Positions 1 through 9,630 are shown, counted from the stretch's first letter. The stretch is DNA of 56,370 nt from Candidatus Omnitrophota bacterium (GCA_028715345.1 JAQUSB010000009.1:1-56370), one strand, 5' to 3'. Made by a program: numbers and translations. The notes: generated from the sequence alone by a model not told the origin.

Positions 1-593
1 GGGGTTTGCGCCTTACACGTCTTTCGACCGTGTTCTATTATACCTAAATGGAGCTCGTATATCAAGTGCTTTGGCGTAATTTCAGTCAAAATTTTATGGG
101 CCGCTTCTATGTCGGTTTTATCGCTTATAAGGCCCAATCTCTTTGTTACCCTGAAAATATGCGTGTCGACCGGCATCACGGGCTTACCGAAACCGAACAA
201 TAATACGCATGCCGCCGTCTTTGGCCCCACGCCTTTCAGAGATTCGAGATATTCGAGCCCATCGCGGACCGTAAATATATTAAGGAAGGATAGCGTTATT
301 TTATCTTCGCGCCTTTTAATTTCGGCGAGAATATATTTAATACGATTTGCCTTGATGTTGGCAAGTCCGGCATGCTTTATGGTAGCGGCGATCTTTGTCT
401 TCGGGGAGGCGAGGCAGGCGTCCCACGACCTGAATTTACTTTTAAGCGCCGCGAACGCTTTGAGCGAATTCTTATCGGTAGTATTCTGCGACAGCACCGT
501 GCGGATGAGAACGTCTACAGGGTCGTCTTCCGCGAACGGCTCACGGCCGCCGTATGTTTTCTTCAATAATACCGCTATCTTTTTAATCTTCAT
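1..593 (-). CDS. nth: Endonuclease III (Nth, HhH-GPD base-excision DNA glycosylase); the C-terminus runs off the window start
   Basis: Absent from the ORF track because there is no stop in the window. My own reverse-strand translation from the ATG at 593-591 is stop-free to position 1: MKIKKIAVLLKKTYGGREPFAEDDPVDVLIRTVLSQNTTDKNS...LESLKGVGPKTAACVLLFGFGKPVMPVDTHIFRV...IEHGRKTCKAQT. It shows LSQNT, the helix-hairpin-helix GVGPKTA, the catalytic Asp in PVDTH, and the start of the C-terminal Fe-S loop. The + ORF 109..630 is its antisense shadow. Confidence 0.85.
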   Translation of the reverse strand, partial: MKIKKIAVLLKKTYGGREPFAEDDPVDVLIRTVLSQNTTDKNSLKAFAALKSKFRSWDACLASPKTKIAATIKHAGLANIKANRIKYILAEIKRREDKITLSFLNIFTVRDGLEYLESLKGVGPKTAACVLLFGFGKPVMPVDTHIFRVTKRLGLISDKTDIEAAHKILTEITPKHLIYELHLGIIEHGRKTCKAQT

Positions 594-609
594 GCGAAGG
601 TTCATAATT

Positions 610-1371
610 TTATATTTTCGGGATGGATGAGAGCAATAATTTCGTGTACTCAGTCGACGGTTCCGAATACAAAGTTTCGGTCGTTCCCTCTTCCACTATT
701 TTGCCCTGTTTCATTACCGCGACTCTGTCGCACATATATTTTATGACCCTAAGATCGTGGCTTATGAATAAATATGTTATGCCCAGTTCCTTCTGTATCT
801 CTTTCAAAAGGTTCAATATTTGCAGCTGAATGGTGACATCGAGACTCGAGACCGGTTCGTCGCACACGATAAATTCCGGATCCGTTATGACTGCGCGCGC
901 TATCGCTATTCTCTGCCTCTCCCCTCCCGAAAACTGGTGCGGGTATTTATCGGCTGCGGTCTTTGGCAGCCCGACCAGATCGGTAACCTGCTCAACCTTT
1001 TTCCGGATATCCACACCACTGCAGTAGGGCAGGTTTAAACCTGCCCTGCCATTATTTACTACCAACCCCTCGGCCACGATATCGCGCACCCGCATCTTCG
1101 GGTCGAGTGAATTGTAAGGATCCTGGAATATCACCTGCGGTTTTCCGGTCGCAAGCTCGACGGTGCCCGAATCCGGCTTAATGATACCCAGGATGACCTT
1201 ACCCAAAGTCGTCTTGCCCGAACCTGATTCTCCGACAAGGCCGAAGGTCTCGCCTTTTTCTATCGATAGCGAAACGCCGTCCACTGCCCTGACCGCGCCG
1301 CGCCCCTGCCTTAAGGGGCCCCGCCGCACCCGGAAAGTTTTTACGATATTTTCGCACTTTAATATGTTCAT
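610..1371 (-). CDS. oppF: Oligopeptide/dipeptide ABC transporter ATP-binding protein (OppF/DppF type)
   Basis: Walker A GESGSGKTT, signature FSGGERQRIAIARA, Walker B FIVCDEPVSSLD. ATGA overlap with the upstream ATPase gene. Opp versus Dpp/Nik specificity cannot be resolved by eye. Confidence 0.85.
   Translation of the reverse strand: MNILKCENIVKTFRVRRGPLRQGRGAVRAVDGVSLSIEKGETFGLVGESGSGKTTLGKVILGIIKPDSGTVELATGKPQVIFQDPYNSLDPKMRVRDIVAEGLVVNNGRAGLNLPYCSGVDIRKKVEQVTDLVGLPKTAADKYPHQFSGGERQRIAIARAVITDPEFIVCDEPVSSLDVTIQLQILNLLKEIQKELGITYLFISHDLRVIKYMCDRVAVMKQGKIVEEGTTETLYSEPSTEYTKLLLSSIPKI
1024..1049. repeat. Palindromic repeat GTAGGGCAGGTTTAAACCTGCCCTGC lying in-frame inside oppF
   Basis: Perfect 22-nt palindrome at 1026..1047. 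Positions 1021..1047 are 27/27 identical to the reverse complement of 7954..7980. It is translated on the minus strand as [10 protein letters not shown]. Confidence 0.8.
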
Positions 1372-2153
1372 GCAAACGCCTTTACCGATCCCAGCAGGGA
1401 TATCGTGTAATCGTTTTTGGGGCTGCGTATAATAGCGTCTTTCGTGCCGCGTTCTACCATTTTCCCTTTACACATTACGCCGACCTCATCGCACATGCGC
1501 GCGATTATCCCGAAGTCGTGGCTTATGAAAAGCATCGAAAGCTTTTCTTTCTCCTTTATCTCCTCGAGAAGATCGAGTATCCGGGCCTGTATCGTGACAT
1601 CGAGCGCCGTCGTCGGCTCGTCGAGGATCAATAGTTCCGGTGAATTTACAAGAGCCATCGCTATACCTATACGCTGCTTCGTCCCGCCGGAGAGCTGGTG
1701 CGGATAGTCATGGAATATTTTCACAGGGTCGGGTATATGGACTTTCTTAAGGTACTCGAGCGCAATTTCGCCCGCCCTGGCTTTTCCTATATTCCGATGG
1801 GCGAGGATCGCTTCGGCAACCTGATATCCGATAGTGAATACGGGATTCAGCGCGGATGACGGGTCCTGAAATACGATCGATATCTTGGAGCCCCGCAATG
1901 AGCGCATAATTTTCTCATCGCACCTAACGAGATCCGTCCCGTTAAACAGGATACTGCCGGATCCTATCGAACCGCCCTCCGGGATCAATTTTAAAACCGA
2001 CAGCGCGGTCATCGTCTTGCCGGAGCCGGATTCTCCGACGAGGCCGAAACATTTGTTCTTCTCTATCTCGAAACCGACGCCGTCGACCACCCTGACAGGA
2101 CCCGTGCCGGTTTCGAAGCAAACTTTGAGATCATTTACCTGCAATATCTTCAT
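1368..2153 (-). CDS. oppD: Oligopeptide/dipeptide ABC transporter ATP-binding protein (OppD/DppD type)
   Basis: Walker A GESGSGKTM, signature LSGGTKQRIGIAMA, Walker B LLILDEPTTALD. Overlaps both neighbouring genes by 4 nt. Confidence 0.85.
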   Translation of the reverse strand: MKILQVNDLKVCFETGTGPVRVVDGVGFEIEKNKCFGLVGESGSGKTMTALSVLKLIPEGGSIGSGSILFNGTDLVRCDEKIMRSLRGSKISIVFQDPSSALNPVFTIGYQVAEAILAHRNIGKARAGEIALEYLKKVHIPDPVKIFHDYPHQLSGGTKQRIGIAMALVNSPELLILDEPTTALDVTIQARILDLLEEIKEKEKLSMLFISHDFGIIARMCDEVGVMCKGKMVERGTKDAIIRSPKNDYTISLLGSVKAFA

Positions 2154-2977
2154 TTCCGATCATCTCGCAATTTCGGTTCAAGCATATCGCGCAAACCTTC
2201 GCTCAGCAAATTATACGAAAGCACCGTAAACAATATGAATAGTCCGGGAAATACCGTGAGCCACCACGCCACGCCGAGCGTCGATTTGCCGTCCATCAGT
2301 ATGTTCCCCCAGCTTGGCGTCGGCGGCTGGACGCCTATACCGAGGAAGCTCAATGCCGACTCGGTGAGGATCGCCCCGCCGATCCCCAGTGTCGCGCTGA
2401 CGAATACGGGACCGATCGCGTTCGGGATGAGATGGCGCGCGATTATCCACGCGTCGCCGGCGCCCATGACGCGCGCAGCCGCTACGAAGTCGCGCTCTTT
2501 CAGGGTCAGTATCTCGGCCCTCACCAGCCGCGCGACCCCCATCCAGCTCGTCAGCCCGATGACGATCATGATATTGACGATCGACGGCTCAAGGATGGCG
2601 ATGACGGCGAGGATGAGGAAGAATGTCGGGAAGCAGAGCATGATGTCGACGAACCGCATTATCACGGTGTCGATCTTCCCACCGTAGTAGCCCGCAACGG
2701 AGCCGAAGAAGAGGCCGATGATGACCGCGATGCCTACCGCGATAAAACCGATGGATAGCGATATCCGCGACCCATAAACTATCCGCGAGAATATATCGCG
2801 GCCGAGGGTATCTGTCCCTAATATATGGGCAGCCGACGGGCCGCTTAAGATGGCGTTCGTGTCTATCGCCGACGGATCCTGTTTCGCGATGAATGGCGCG
2901 AAGAGCGCGAAAGCTAATATCACTATTATGAATATCGACGACGCGAGAACCATCTTATTTTTAAGGAAGCTCTTCAT
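2150..2977 (-). CDS. oppC: Peptide ABC transporter permease (OppC/DppC type)
   Basis: Multi-TM protein with a BPD-transporter EAA-like segment ([23 protein letters not shown]). Sits in operon context. Confidence 0.8.
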   Translation of the reverse strand: MKSFLKNKMVLASSIFIIVILAFALFAPFIAKQDPSAIDTNAILSGPSAAHILGTDTLGRDIFSRIVYGSRISLSIGFIAVGIAVIIGLFFGSVAGYYGGKIDTVIMRFVDIMLCFPTFFLILAVIAILEPSIVNIMIVIGLTSWMGVARLVRAEILTLKERDFVAAARVMGAGDAWIIARHLIPNAIGPVFVSATLGIGGAILTESALSFLGIGVQPPTPSWGNILMDGKSTLGVAWWLTVFPGLFILFTVLSYNLLSEGLRDMLEPKLRDDRK

Positions 2978-3954
2978 TCGCCCTCCGTGACCCGTATCCG
3001 CGGATCGGCGTAAGAATACGCTATGTCGGCCAGGAGATTGCCCAATAAAGTAAGAAAAGCGCCTATAGTGAGTATTCCCATTATCGTGGGATAATCGCGC
3101 GCCATTACCGATTCGTAAAACAACCTGCCCATACCGGGAATAGCGAATATCGATTCGAATATTACGCTGCCGCCTATCAACCCCGGCACAGACAGCCCGA
3201 GTATGGTTATCACGGGCAGGATCGCGTTCTTGAGCGCGTGTTTATATATCACCTGCGATCCTTTAAGCCCTTTCGCCCGCGCCGTCCTGATATAGTCCTG
3301 GTGTATCACGCCGACCATCGCGCTCCTCATATATCTGGAGATACCGGCGAGGCTTCCGAAAGCCGCGATCGCGACCGGCAGTATCAGGTGCCTGGCGACA
3401 TCCAATATCTTGGCGCCCAGAGAATAGTATTCGAAGTCGAGAGATTTTATGCCCGATATCGGCAGCCATCCAAGGGTGATCGAAAATAAACTCATCAAAA
3501 GTAACGCAAGCCAGAATTCCGGCACCGAAAATCCCGTAAACGCAATAACTGTGGTAGACTTGTCGAGAAACGATCCCCGCCGTACAGCCGATAAAACGCC
3601 CATCGGTATACCTATGAACAATATCAATACCATCGACAATATATTTATGAGGAGCGTTATCGGGATCCGCTCGGCGATCTTTTCCGAAACGGGCCTGTCG
3701 TCGACGTAAGAGCGCCCGAAATCGAAGACCACGACGCGCCTGAGCCAATCGATATACCGGATATAGACCGGTTTATCGAGGCCGTACAATTTCTCAAGTC
3801 GCGCTCTCGCCTCATACGAAACCTTAGGGTTCAGGCTCGTCTGGATATCGGTCGGCTTGCCCGGCGCCAGGTGGATCACGAAAAACGAAATGAGCGTGAT
3901 CCCGAAAAATACCGGGACCAACCCCGCCAATCTTTTCGCTAAATAAGTCAGCAT
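2974..3954 (-). CDS. oppB: Peptide ABC transporter permease (OppB/DppB type)
   Basis: The N-terminus [32 protein letters not shown] is typical of OppB/DppB. It also has the EAA loop [24 protein letters not shown]. Confidence 0.85.
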   Translation of the reverse strand: MLTYLAKRLAGLVPVFFGITLISFFVIHLAPGKPTDIQTSLNPKVSYEARARLEKLYGLDKPVYIRYIDWLRRVVVFDFGRSYVDDRPVSEKIAERIPITLLINILSMVLILFIGIPMGVLSAVRRGSFLDKSTTVIAFTGFSVPEFWLALLLMSLFSITLGWLPISGIKSLDFEYYSLGAKILDVARHLILPVAIAAFGSLAGISRYMRSAMVGVIHQDYIRTARAKGLKGSQVIYKHALKNAILPVITILGLSVPGLIGGSVIFESIFAIPGMGRLFYESVMARDYPTIMGILTIGAFLTLLGNLLADIAYSYADPRIRVTEGE

Positions 3955-3960
3955 AGATCT

Positions 3961-5580
3961 TTACCTGTACTTTTGTTCCGACTTCGGCACGTACCACTTT
4001 ATGAAATTATAACCGATGCCGATGGGCGAAGATTCGACATTACGGAAACGCGAATTCACTATCGGCAGTATATCCGACGAATAAAGGAACGTGTACGGCT
4101 GGTCCGCATAGATGAGCTCGTGTATCCTGTGGTATATAGCTGCGCGCTTCGACTCATCGAAAGTGCGCCGCCCTTCCAGGAGAAGCTTATCGACTTCCTC
4201 ATTTTTATACCCGGCAAAATTGAACTCTCCCTGCCGCGTCTTCGACGAATGCCATATATCGTAATTATCCGGGTCGCGCGACAGGAACCAGCCCATAAGG
4301 ACCGCCTCGAAACGGCGCTTGTCGATAAATTCATTCAGCATCGCGCTCCACTCGACGATGCGTATCTTCATCTTTATGCCGATGTCTTCCATGTACTTCT
4401 GTATCATTTCGGCCGCGCGCAGGCGTTCGCCGTTGCCCTGGTTCACCAGGACGGTAAATTCAAAAGGTTTGCCGCTTTTATCGATCCATCCGTCGCCGTC
4501 GGTATCCAACCACCCCGCGCCGCGTAAAAGCTCTCCGGCCCGCGCAATATCATAAGGCGCGCCCTTCACGTCTCTATTGTATGCCCACGAATCTTTCATA
4601 AAAGGCCCCGTCGTAACTTCGGCAAGCCCGAAGAATATGGCTTTAACTATCTCCTCTTTATTTATCGCGTAATTTATGGCCTGCCGTACCCTGACGTCAC
4701 GAAATTTCGGGTCCGTAAGATTGTAGCCCAGATAGGTATAACCGAAGCTCGGGTACCTGAATTTATTATAATGTTCGCGGAAGAAATTATTGCCCGTCTG
4801 GCGCGTATATTGCAAAGGTGAAAGCGTAGAAAGGTCTACACCTTGCGTCTGGAGCTCGAGAAATATCGTAGCATCGTCGGGAATGATGCGGAAAATATAC
4901 CTGTCTATGTAAGGCCTTCCGTCGAAATAATCGCGGTTCGAAATAAGCTCTATCTTCTCTCCCGTCTTCCAGGACTTGAATTTGTACGGCCCCGTCCCCA
5001 CCGGGTTACGGCCGAACGAAGTCTTGTTGAGGTCCTCGTTCTTTAATAAGTGCTCGGGCATTATCCACATACCCCAGCTCGAAAGCGACGGAGCGAAAGG
5101 TTCTTTATAAGTCACTTTGACGGTATGGGCATCCGGCGTCTCTAAAGACTTTATCCGCTCAAAGTCCCCGCTGTAAGGAGTCCGGACTTTCGGATCGATC
5201 AGTTTATCGTAGGTGAAAAGAACGTCTTTGGAAGTGAACGGCGCGCCGTCGTGCCATTTCACATTTTTCTTAAGGTGAAAAATTATGACAAGGCCGCCTT
5301 CCAGTATTTCCCAGCTCTCGGCCAGCTCGCCCACTATACGCACGTTCTTATCGTATTTGACGAGCCCGTTAAATACCATGCCGCAGATATCGCTCGAGGC
5401 TGTGTCCGATGCGAGTATCGGGACGAGTGTCCGCGCGTCGCTTATGGAGCTGACCACGATAGCGTCTCCGTATGAAGGCTCACCCGCGTCCTGAGTAGCG
5501 GCAAACAGAAAGGCAGACGATAAAAAAAATACCGCCATGATGAGCGGTATCTTTTTTCTGTCTGTCAGGTTTTTATTCAT
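3961..5580 (-). CDS. oppA: Extracellular solute-binding protein, family 5 (peptide-binding OppA/DppA type)
   Basis: N-terminal signal peptide (IPLIMAVFFLSSAFLFAATQ), 539 aa, SBP_bac_5-like body (NPVGTGPYKFKSW). It is the first gene of the ABC operon. Confidence 0.8.
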   Translation of the reverse strand: MNKNLTDRKKIPLIMAVFFLSSAFLFAATQDAGEPSYGDAIVVSSISDARTLVPILASDTASSDICGMVFNGLVKYDKNVRIVGELAESWEILEGGLVIIFHLKKNVKWHDGAPFTSKDVLFTYDKLIDPKVRTPYSGDFERIKSLETPDAHTVKVTYKEPFAPSLSSWGMWIMPEHLLKNEDLNKTSFGRNPVGTGPYKFKSWKTGEKIELISNRDYFDGRPYIDRYIFRIIPDDATIFLELQTQGVDLSTLSPLQYTRQTGNNFFREHYNKFRYPSFGYTYLGYNLTDPKFRDVRVRQAINYAINKEEIVKAIFFGLAEVTTGPFMKDSWAYNRDVKGAPYDIARAGELLRGAGWLDTDGDGWIDKSGKPFEFTVLVNQGNGERLRAAEMIQKYMEDIGIKMKIRIVEWSAMLNEFIDKRRFEAVLMGWFLSRDPDNYDIWHSSKTRQGEFNFAGYKNEEVDKLLLEGRRTFDESKRAAIYHRIHELIYADQPYTFLYSSDILPIVNSRFRNVESSPIGIGYNFIKWYVPKSEQKYR

Positions 5581-5591
5581 TTCATCGTGTA

Positions 5592-5936
5592 TTAGAATTC
5601 TACGTCTTCGTTCATAGGCATCGGTATCGAAGGCTGGGGTATACCCGCGGCGCCCTGGGTCGTCACCGGGCCTTTTAAAGCGCCCTGCATAACGAGCGAT
5701 TTGCCCCTATGGCTTGTCATTACAGCCAGCGTCAGGCATGTCATTATATAAACGACCGCCGATACTGCCGTCGCCCTGGTCAGAAATACCGACGTCTTCG
5801 TCCCGAAAAGGGTCTGGGTAGAGCCTCCCCCGAACGTTTCGCTTAAACCACCGCCCCTTCCTGCCTGGAGCAGGATGACGGCTATCAACACTAAAGATGC
5901 TATTACATGTATTGCGATAACTAACCCGTATAACAT
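5592..5936 (-). CDS. secG: Preprotein translocase subunit SecG
   Basis: Two TM segments and the LLQAGRGGGLSETFGGG motif. Conserved pgk-tpiA-secG synteny. Confidence 0.85.
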   Translation of the reverse strand: MLYGLVIAIHVIASLVLIAVILLQAGRGGGLSETFGGGSTQTLFGTKTSVFLTRATAVSAVVYIMTCLTLAVMTSHRGKSLVMQGALKGPVTTQGAAGIPQPSIPMPMNEDVEF

Positions 5937-5954
5937 ATTGATCTCATCTCCTCA

Positions 5955-6710
5955 TTATAAACAACCGCGCACTATCTGGGCAAATGGATCCGCCTTCAAG
6001 CTGGCCCCGCCCACAAGCGCGCCGTCCACGTCTTCCTGTTGTATCAGCTCTTTTATATTATCAGGCTTAACGCTGCCGCCGTATTGTATCCTCACGGAAT
6101 CGGCAGTCGCTTCATCGAACATCTCTTTAAGGAGGCCGCGTATGTATTTATGGACTTCCTGGGCCTGTTCTTTGGTCGCGTTAACGCCCGTGCCTATAGC
6201 CCAAACAGGTTCATACGCTACTACTACATTGGCCATATCCTCTTTTGTAAGCCCGGCCAGAGAATTGACCACATGATCTTTCACTACCTGGAATGTCTTA
6301 TCGGCCTTCCTGTCTTCCAATTTCTCGCCCACACAGACTATCGGTTTCAGGCTGTTCGCCAAGAGCGCCTTGGCCTTTTTATTTACCGTCTCGTTCGTCT
6401 CGCCGAAAAATTGCCTTCTTTCCGAATGGCCGACTATGCAATATTTACATCCGGCGCTCTTTAACATGGAACAGGATACTTCGCCGGTAAAAGCGCCTTC
6501 TTTTTCCCAATAAACATCCTGAGCGCCCAGGCCTATATTCGATTCTATCAAGACCTCGTTTACATCGCTTAAAGACGTGAAAGGCGGGCAAAGGACTATC
6601 TCTACGCTCTCGACGTCGTATAAAGACCTCTTTACCGTGTTAGCGAGGTCTATGGATTCCGCTATATTCTTGTTCATCTTCCAGTTGCCGGCAATGATAA
6701 CTCGTCTCAT
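5955..6710 (-). CDS. tpiA: Triosephosphate isomerase
   Basis: IIAGNWKMN, CIVGHSERR and AYEPVWAIGTG motifs. I place the start at the ATG at 6710 (MRRVIIAGNWKMN), 2 nt after the pgk stop. The track ORF extends to 6743 inside pgk. Confidence 0.9.
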   Translation of the reverse strand: MRRVIIAGNWKMNKNIAESIDLANTVKRSLYDVESVEIVLCPPFTSLSDVNEVLIESNIGLGAQDVYWEKEGAFTGEVSCSMLKSAGCKYCIVGHSERRQFFGETNETVNKKAKALLANSLKPIVCVGEKLEDRKADKTFQVVKDHVVNSLAGLTKEDMANVVVAYEPVWAIGTGVNATKEQAQEVHKYIRGLLKEMFDEATADSVRIQYGGSVKPDNIKELIQQEDVDGALVGGASLKADPFAQIVRGCL

Positions 6711-6712
6711 GA

Positions 6713-7933
6713 TTATTTTTTGCCTCCGCACGAGCAGCAGCATCCGCCCTTCTTATCGCTAAGCGCATCTATACCCGGCAGGCCGCGTCCTTCGAGATAC
6801 TCGAGCGACGCCCCGCCGCCCGTCGAGATATGCGTCATCTTATCCTCTACATTGAATTTCGACATAGCAGCCGCGGTGTCGCCGCCGCCTATTACAGACG
6901 TGACACCTTTAAGGCCCGCGATATATTCGGCGATATCTTTTGTGCCTTTGGCGAATTTATCCATCTCGAACACTCCCATCGGCCCGTTCCAGACTATCGT
7001 CTTCGCGGTTTTAAGTTTATTTTCGAACAATTCGATCGTCTTCGGCCCTATATCCAGCGCCATCCAGCCGTCCGGTATATTGTCAACCACGAGTTTCGTA
7101 TCGGCGTTCGCGTCGAATTTATCGGCTATCACGTGGTCGACAGGCAGAAGTATCGGTATCTTCTTTTTCGCGGCCTTATCGAGCGCCTGCTTTGCCGTCT
7201 CGAGGCCGTCTTTATCCAACTTCGACGAACCGATCGTCTTGCCTTGTACTTTGAGGAACGTGTAGGCCATGCCGCCGCCTATAATAAGCGCGTCGACTTT
7301 ATTCAACAGGTTATCTATGACCTTTATCTTGTCTTTTACCTTGGCGCCGCCGAGGATCGCGACAAAAGGCCTTTTGGGATTATCGACCGCGTTGCCTAAA
7401 TATTCTATCTCTTTGCCCAACAAAAATCCCGCCACAGACGGCAGATAATGGGTCACACCTTCCGTAGAAGCGTGCGCCCTGTGGGCCGTGCCGAACGCGT
7501 CATTTATAAAGACGTCCCCGGGGGAGGCCAATTCCTTAGCAAAGCCCGGGTCGTTCTTCTCCTCTTCGGCGTGGAACCTTAAGTTCTCGAGCAAGATCAC
7601 ATCCCCCGCCTTCATCTCGGATACCGCCTTCTTCACATCGGGGCCGACGCAATCTTTGAGCGCGGTAACGGGTTTACCCAAAAGCTCTCGCAGGCGCTTG
7701 GCCACGGGCGAAAGGCGCAGCTCTTCTTTTACCTGCCCGTCCGGCCTGCCAAGATGGCTCATCAGGATAACTTTTGCGCCTTTATCGAGCGCGTACTTTA
7801 TCGTGGGTAACGCTGCCTTTATCCTTATATCGTCGGTTATATTCAGGTTATCATCGAGGGGAACGTTGAAATCGACCCTGATAAGGGCCCTCTTGCCCTT
7901 CAAGTCGACATCTTTAATAGTCATTTTTGCCAT
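6713..7933 (-). CDS. pgk: Phosphoglycerate kinase, with a short Cys-rich C-terminal tail
   Basis: [13 protein letters not shown] and [14 protein letters not shown] motifs. GGAG Shine-Dalgarno 9 nt upstream of the start. The C-terminus carries an extra [12 protein letters not shown]. Confidence 0.95.
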   Translation of the reverse strand: MAKMTIKDVDLKGKRALIRVDFNVPLDDNLNITDDIRIKAALPTIKYALDKGAKVILMSHLGRPDGQVKEELRLSPVAKRLRELLGKPVTALKDCVGPDVKKAVSEMKAGDVILLENLRFHAEEEKNDPGFAKELASPGDVFINDAFGTAHRAHASTEGVTHYLPSVAGFLLGKEIEYLGNAVDNPKRPFVAILGGAKVKDKIKVIDNLLNKVDALIIGGGMAYTFLKVQGKTIGSSKLDKDGLETAKQALDKAAKKKIPILLPVDHVIADKFDANADTKLVVDNIPDGWMALDIGPKTIELFENKLKTAKTIVWNGPMGVFEMDKFAKGTKDIAEYIAGLKGVTSVIGGGDTAAAMSKFNVEDKMTHISTGGGASLEYLEGRGLPGIDALSDKKGGCCCSCGGKK

Positions 7934-7951
7934 ACTGATTCTCCGGATTAT

Positions 7952-7977
7952 GTAGGGCAGGTTTAAACCTGCCCTAC
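7952..7977. repeat. Perfect 26-nt palindrome GTAGGGCAGGTTTAAACCTGCCCTAC in the pgk 5' UTR
   Basis: Read directly from the sequence. It is the same element as at 1024..1049. It lies between the predicted -10 box (7995..8000) and the pgk Shine-Dalgarno. Confidence 0.85.
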
Positions 7978-7994
7978 TGCTTTAAAGAGTTATG

Positions 7995-8023
7995 ATTATA
8001 ATACCGTCGGCATCCTTTGTCAA
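7995..8023 (-). promoter_or_regulatory. Consensus sigma70-type promoter for pgk-tpiA-secG
   Basis: The minus strand reads TTGACA (8023..8018), a 17-nt spacer, then TATAAT (8000..7995). Both hexamers match the consensus exactly. Confidence 0.6.
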
Positions 8024-8037
8024 TCCCTTTCGAAATA

Positions 8038-8080
8038 GGGACAGATACCTATTTCTAAAATAAAAATGGGTATCTGTCCC
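8038..8080 (-). terminator. Stem-loop terminator candidate downstream of ogg
   Basis: GGGACAGATACC (8038..8049) pairs with GGTATCTGTCCC (8069..8080), and the stem extends by 4 more bp after one mismatch. It starts 4 nt after the ogg stop. On the minus strand it is followed by TATTTCG, a weak U-tract. Confidence 0.5.
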
Positions 8081-8083
8081 ATT

Positions 8084-8728
8084 TTACTTAAATACGAAGC
8101 CTGTCTGGAGGGACCAGAATAGAAGGTCCATATCTTCGAGCGGGATGCCCGTTCTTATGGAAAAACCCTTCATCTTCTTTTCTATCTCAAGGTAAATACG
8201 CCTTGATCCTAAAGAAGGCGGTATCTTTTCGATAACACCGTATTTCTGCAGGTTTTTGAGGATGTGCCTGTCGAGTATCGCGATATCTTTACCCAAACCT
8301 ATATTACGCAAAAAATGGCTCGCCTCTTTATACCCGAAGCCTTTTATATTCCCGACCAGCCATTCCCTTACATTCAATATATCCCGGGGATCCAGCCTGC
8401 TCTTTATATCAATCCTGCCGCCTCGCTCGAAAAGTTTCCGCGCTTCCACTATATATTCGGCTTTCTTATTATGGAAACGCGCTTTACCTTTTATTACCGG
8501 CCTGATATGCCTGGGTTCGCCTTTTAAAATAAAACCTTTCTTCTCAAGTTCGTTTATGGCCTCGTTACATTTAAGCGCGTTGGCATTTGCCGTCAATATG
8601 CAGTAGCACATCTCCGAGAATATCTTCTCGTCCGACGAGCGGTGTATGGCGCTGAACTCTGCCAGGCGCTTTTTTATTTCGGGCTTCAGTTTCTTATATG
8701 CCGAGATCAGTTCTTTGGCGGGTTTCAT
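8084..8728 (-). CDS. ogg: 8-oxoguanine DNA glycosylase/AP lyase, Ogg2 (archaeal/Thermotoga-type) family
   Basis: About 210 aa HhH-GPD protein. The GFGYKEASHFLRNIG...AILDRHI motif carries the Lys and Asp typical of Ogg2. Confidence 0.75.
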   Translation of the reverse strand: MKPAKELISAYKKLKPEIKKRLAEFSAIHRSSDEKIFSEMCYCILTANANALKCNEAINELEKKGFILKGEPRHIRPVIKGKARFHNKKAEYIVEARKLFERGGRIDIKSRLDPRDILNVREWLVGNIKGFGYKEASHFLRNIGLGKDIAILDRHILKNLQKYGVIEKIPPSLGSRRIYLEIEKKMKGFSIRTGIPLEDMDLLFWSLQTGFVFK

Positions 8729-9630
8729 CTTATCTTGTTCAAATATTTAAAGGCCTGGAGCGCGGCTTTGGAACCTTCTCCGGCGGCTATCACTATCTGC
8801 TTATCGGGGACATCCGTAACGTCACCTGCCGCGAATACGCCCGGTATATTCGTTTCGTTCTTAACATTTATTTTGATCTCACCGCGTTCATTACGTTCTA
8901 CCTCTCCGGCAAAAGACGAATTCGGCAGAAGGCCTATCTCCACGAATACACCTTCGGCCGCTATCTTCTCTTCTTTCCCGGCGCGCTTGATACCTATGCC
9001 GTTCACGAATTTATCGCCGTATATCGCCGTAACCTGCGAATCATTAAGGACCGTGGCCTTGTCGTTTGCCTCGACTTTTTCGCGCATTACCGCGTCCCCG
9101 CCCAGCGAGGAAGTTATATTTATAACATAGACGTGTTTGGCTATTTTAACAAGCTGGAGCGCCGCGTCGAGCGCGGAATTGCCGCCGCCTATTACAGCGA
9201 CATTCTTACCTGAAAAGAGCGGGCCGTCGCAGGTGGCGCAATAGGTCAGGCCTTTATTCTTGAATTCTTTTTCCCCGGGAACGCCGAGCTGGCGGGAAAC
9301 TTTTCCCGAAGCGATTATAAGGCTCTTTGCTTCGTATTCGCCTTTAGAGGTCTTTACCTTAATATTATCTCCGGCCCTTTTTACTTCCTCCGCCTGCTCG
9401 TTCTCTTTCACGATAACGTTATACTGCCGCATATGTTCTTCGAACTTATTGACGAGATCCGGGCCGGTTATGAACTGGTATCCCGTGTAATTCTCTATCT
9501 CGCCGCTCCAGCCGGTCTGGCCGCCGATGTCATTTGTGATGACGATGAAATTCATCCTTTTGCGGGCGGCGTACACGGCCGCGGTGATCCCCGCCGGGCC
9601 GGCGCCTATTATAATAAGGTCGTAGACCAT
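8725..9630 (-). CDS. trxB: Thioredoxin-disulfide reductase family flavoprotein
   Basis: GAGPAG FAD motif, redox-active CATCDG, second dinucleotide motif GGGNSALDAA, C-terminal GVFAAGDV. 301 aa. Confidence 0.85.
   Translation of the reverse strand: MVYDLIIIGAGPAGITAAVYAARKRMNFIVITNDIGGQTGWSGEIENYTGYQFITGPDLVNKFEEHMRQYNVIVKENEQAEEVKRAGDNIKVKTSKGEYEAKSLIIASGKVSRQLGVPGEKEFKNKGLTYCATCDGPLFSGKNVAVIGGGNSALDAALQLVKIAKHVYVINITSSLGGDAVMREKVEANDKATVLNDSQVTAIYGDKFVNGIGIKRAGKEEKIAAEGVFVEIGLLPNSSFAGEVERNERGEIKINVKNETNIPGVFAAGDVTDVPDKQIVIAAGEGSKAALQAFKYLNKIR

Noticed and set aside
109-630. 173-aa plus-strand ORF at the window start
   Set aside because: It lies exactly antisense to a clean endonuclease III reading frame (minus strand, ATG at 593). 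Its sequence is low-complexity and has no recognisable motifs.
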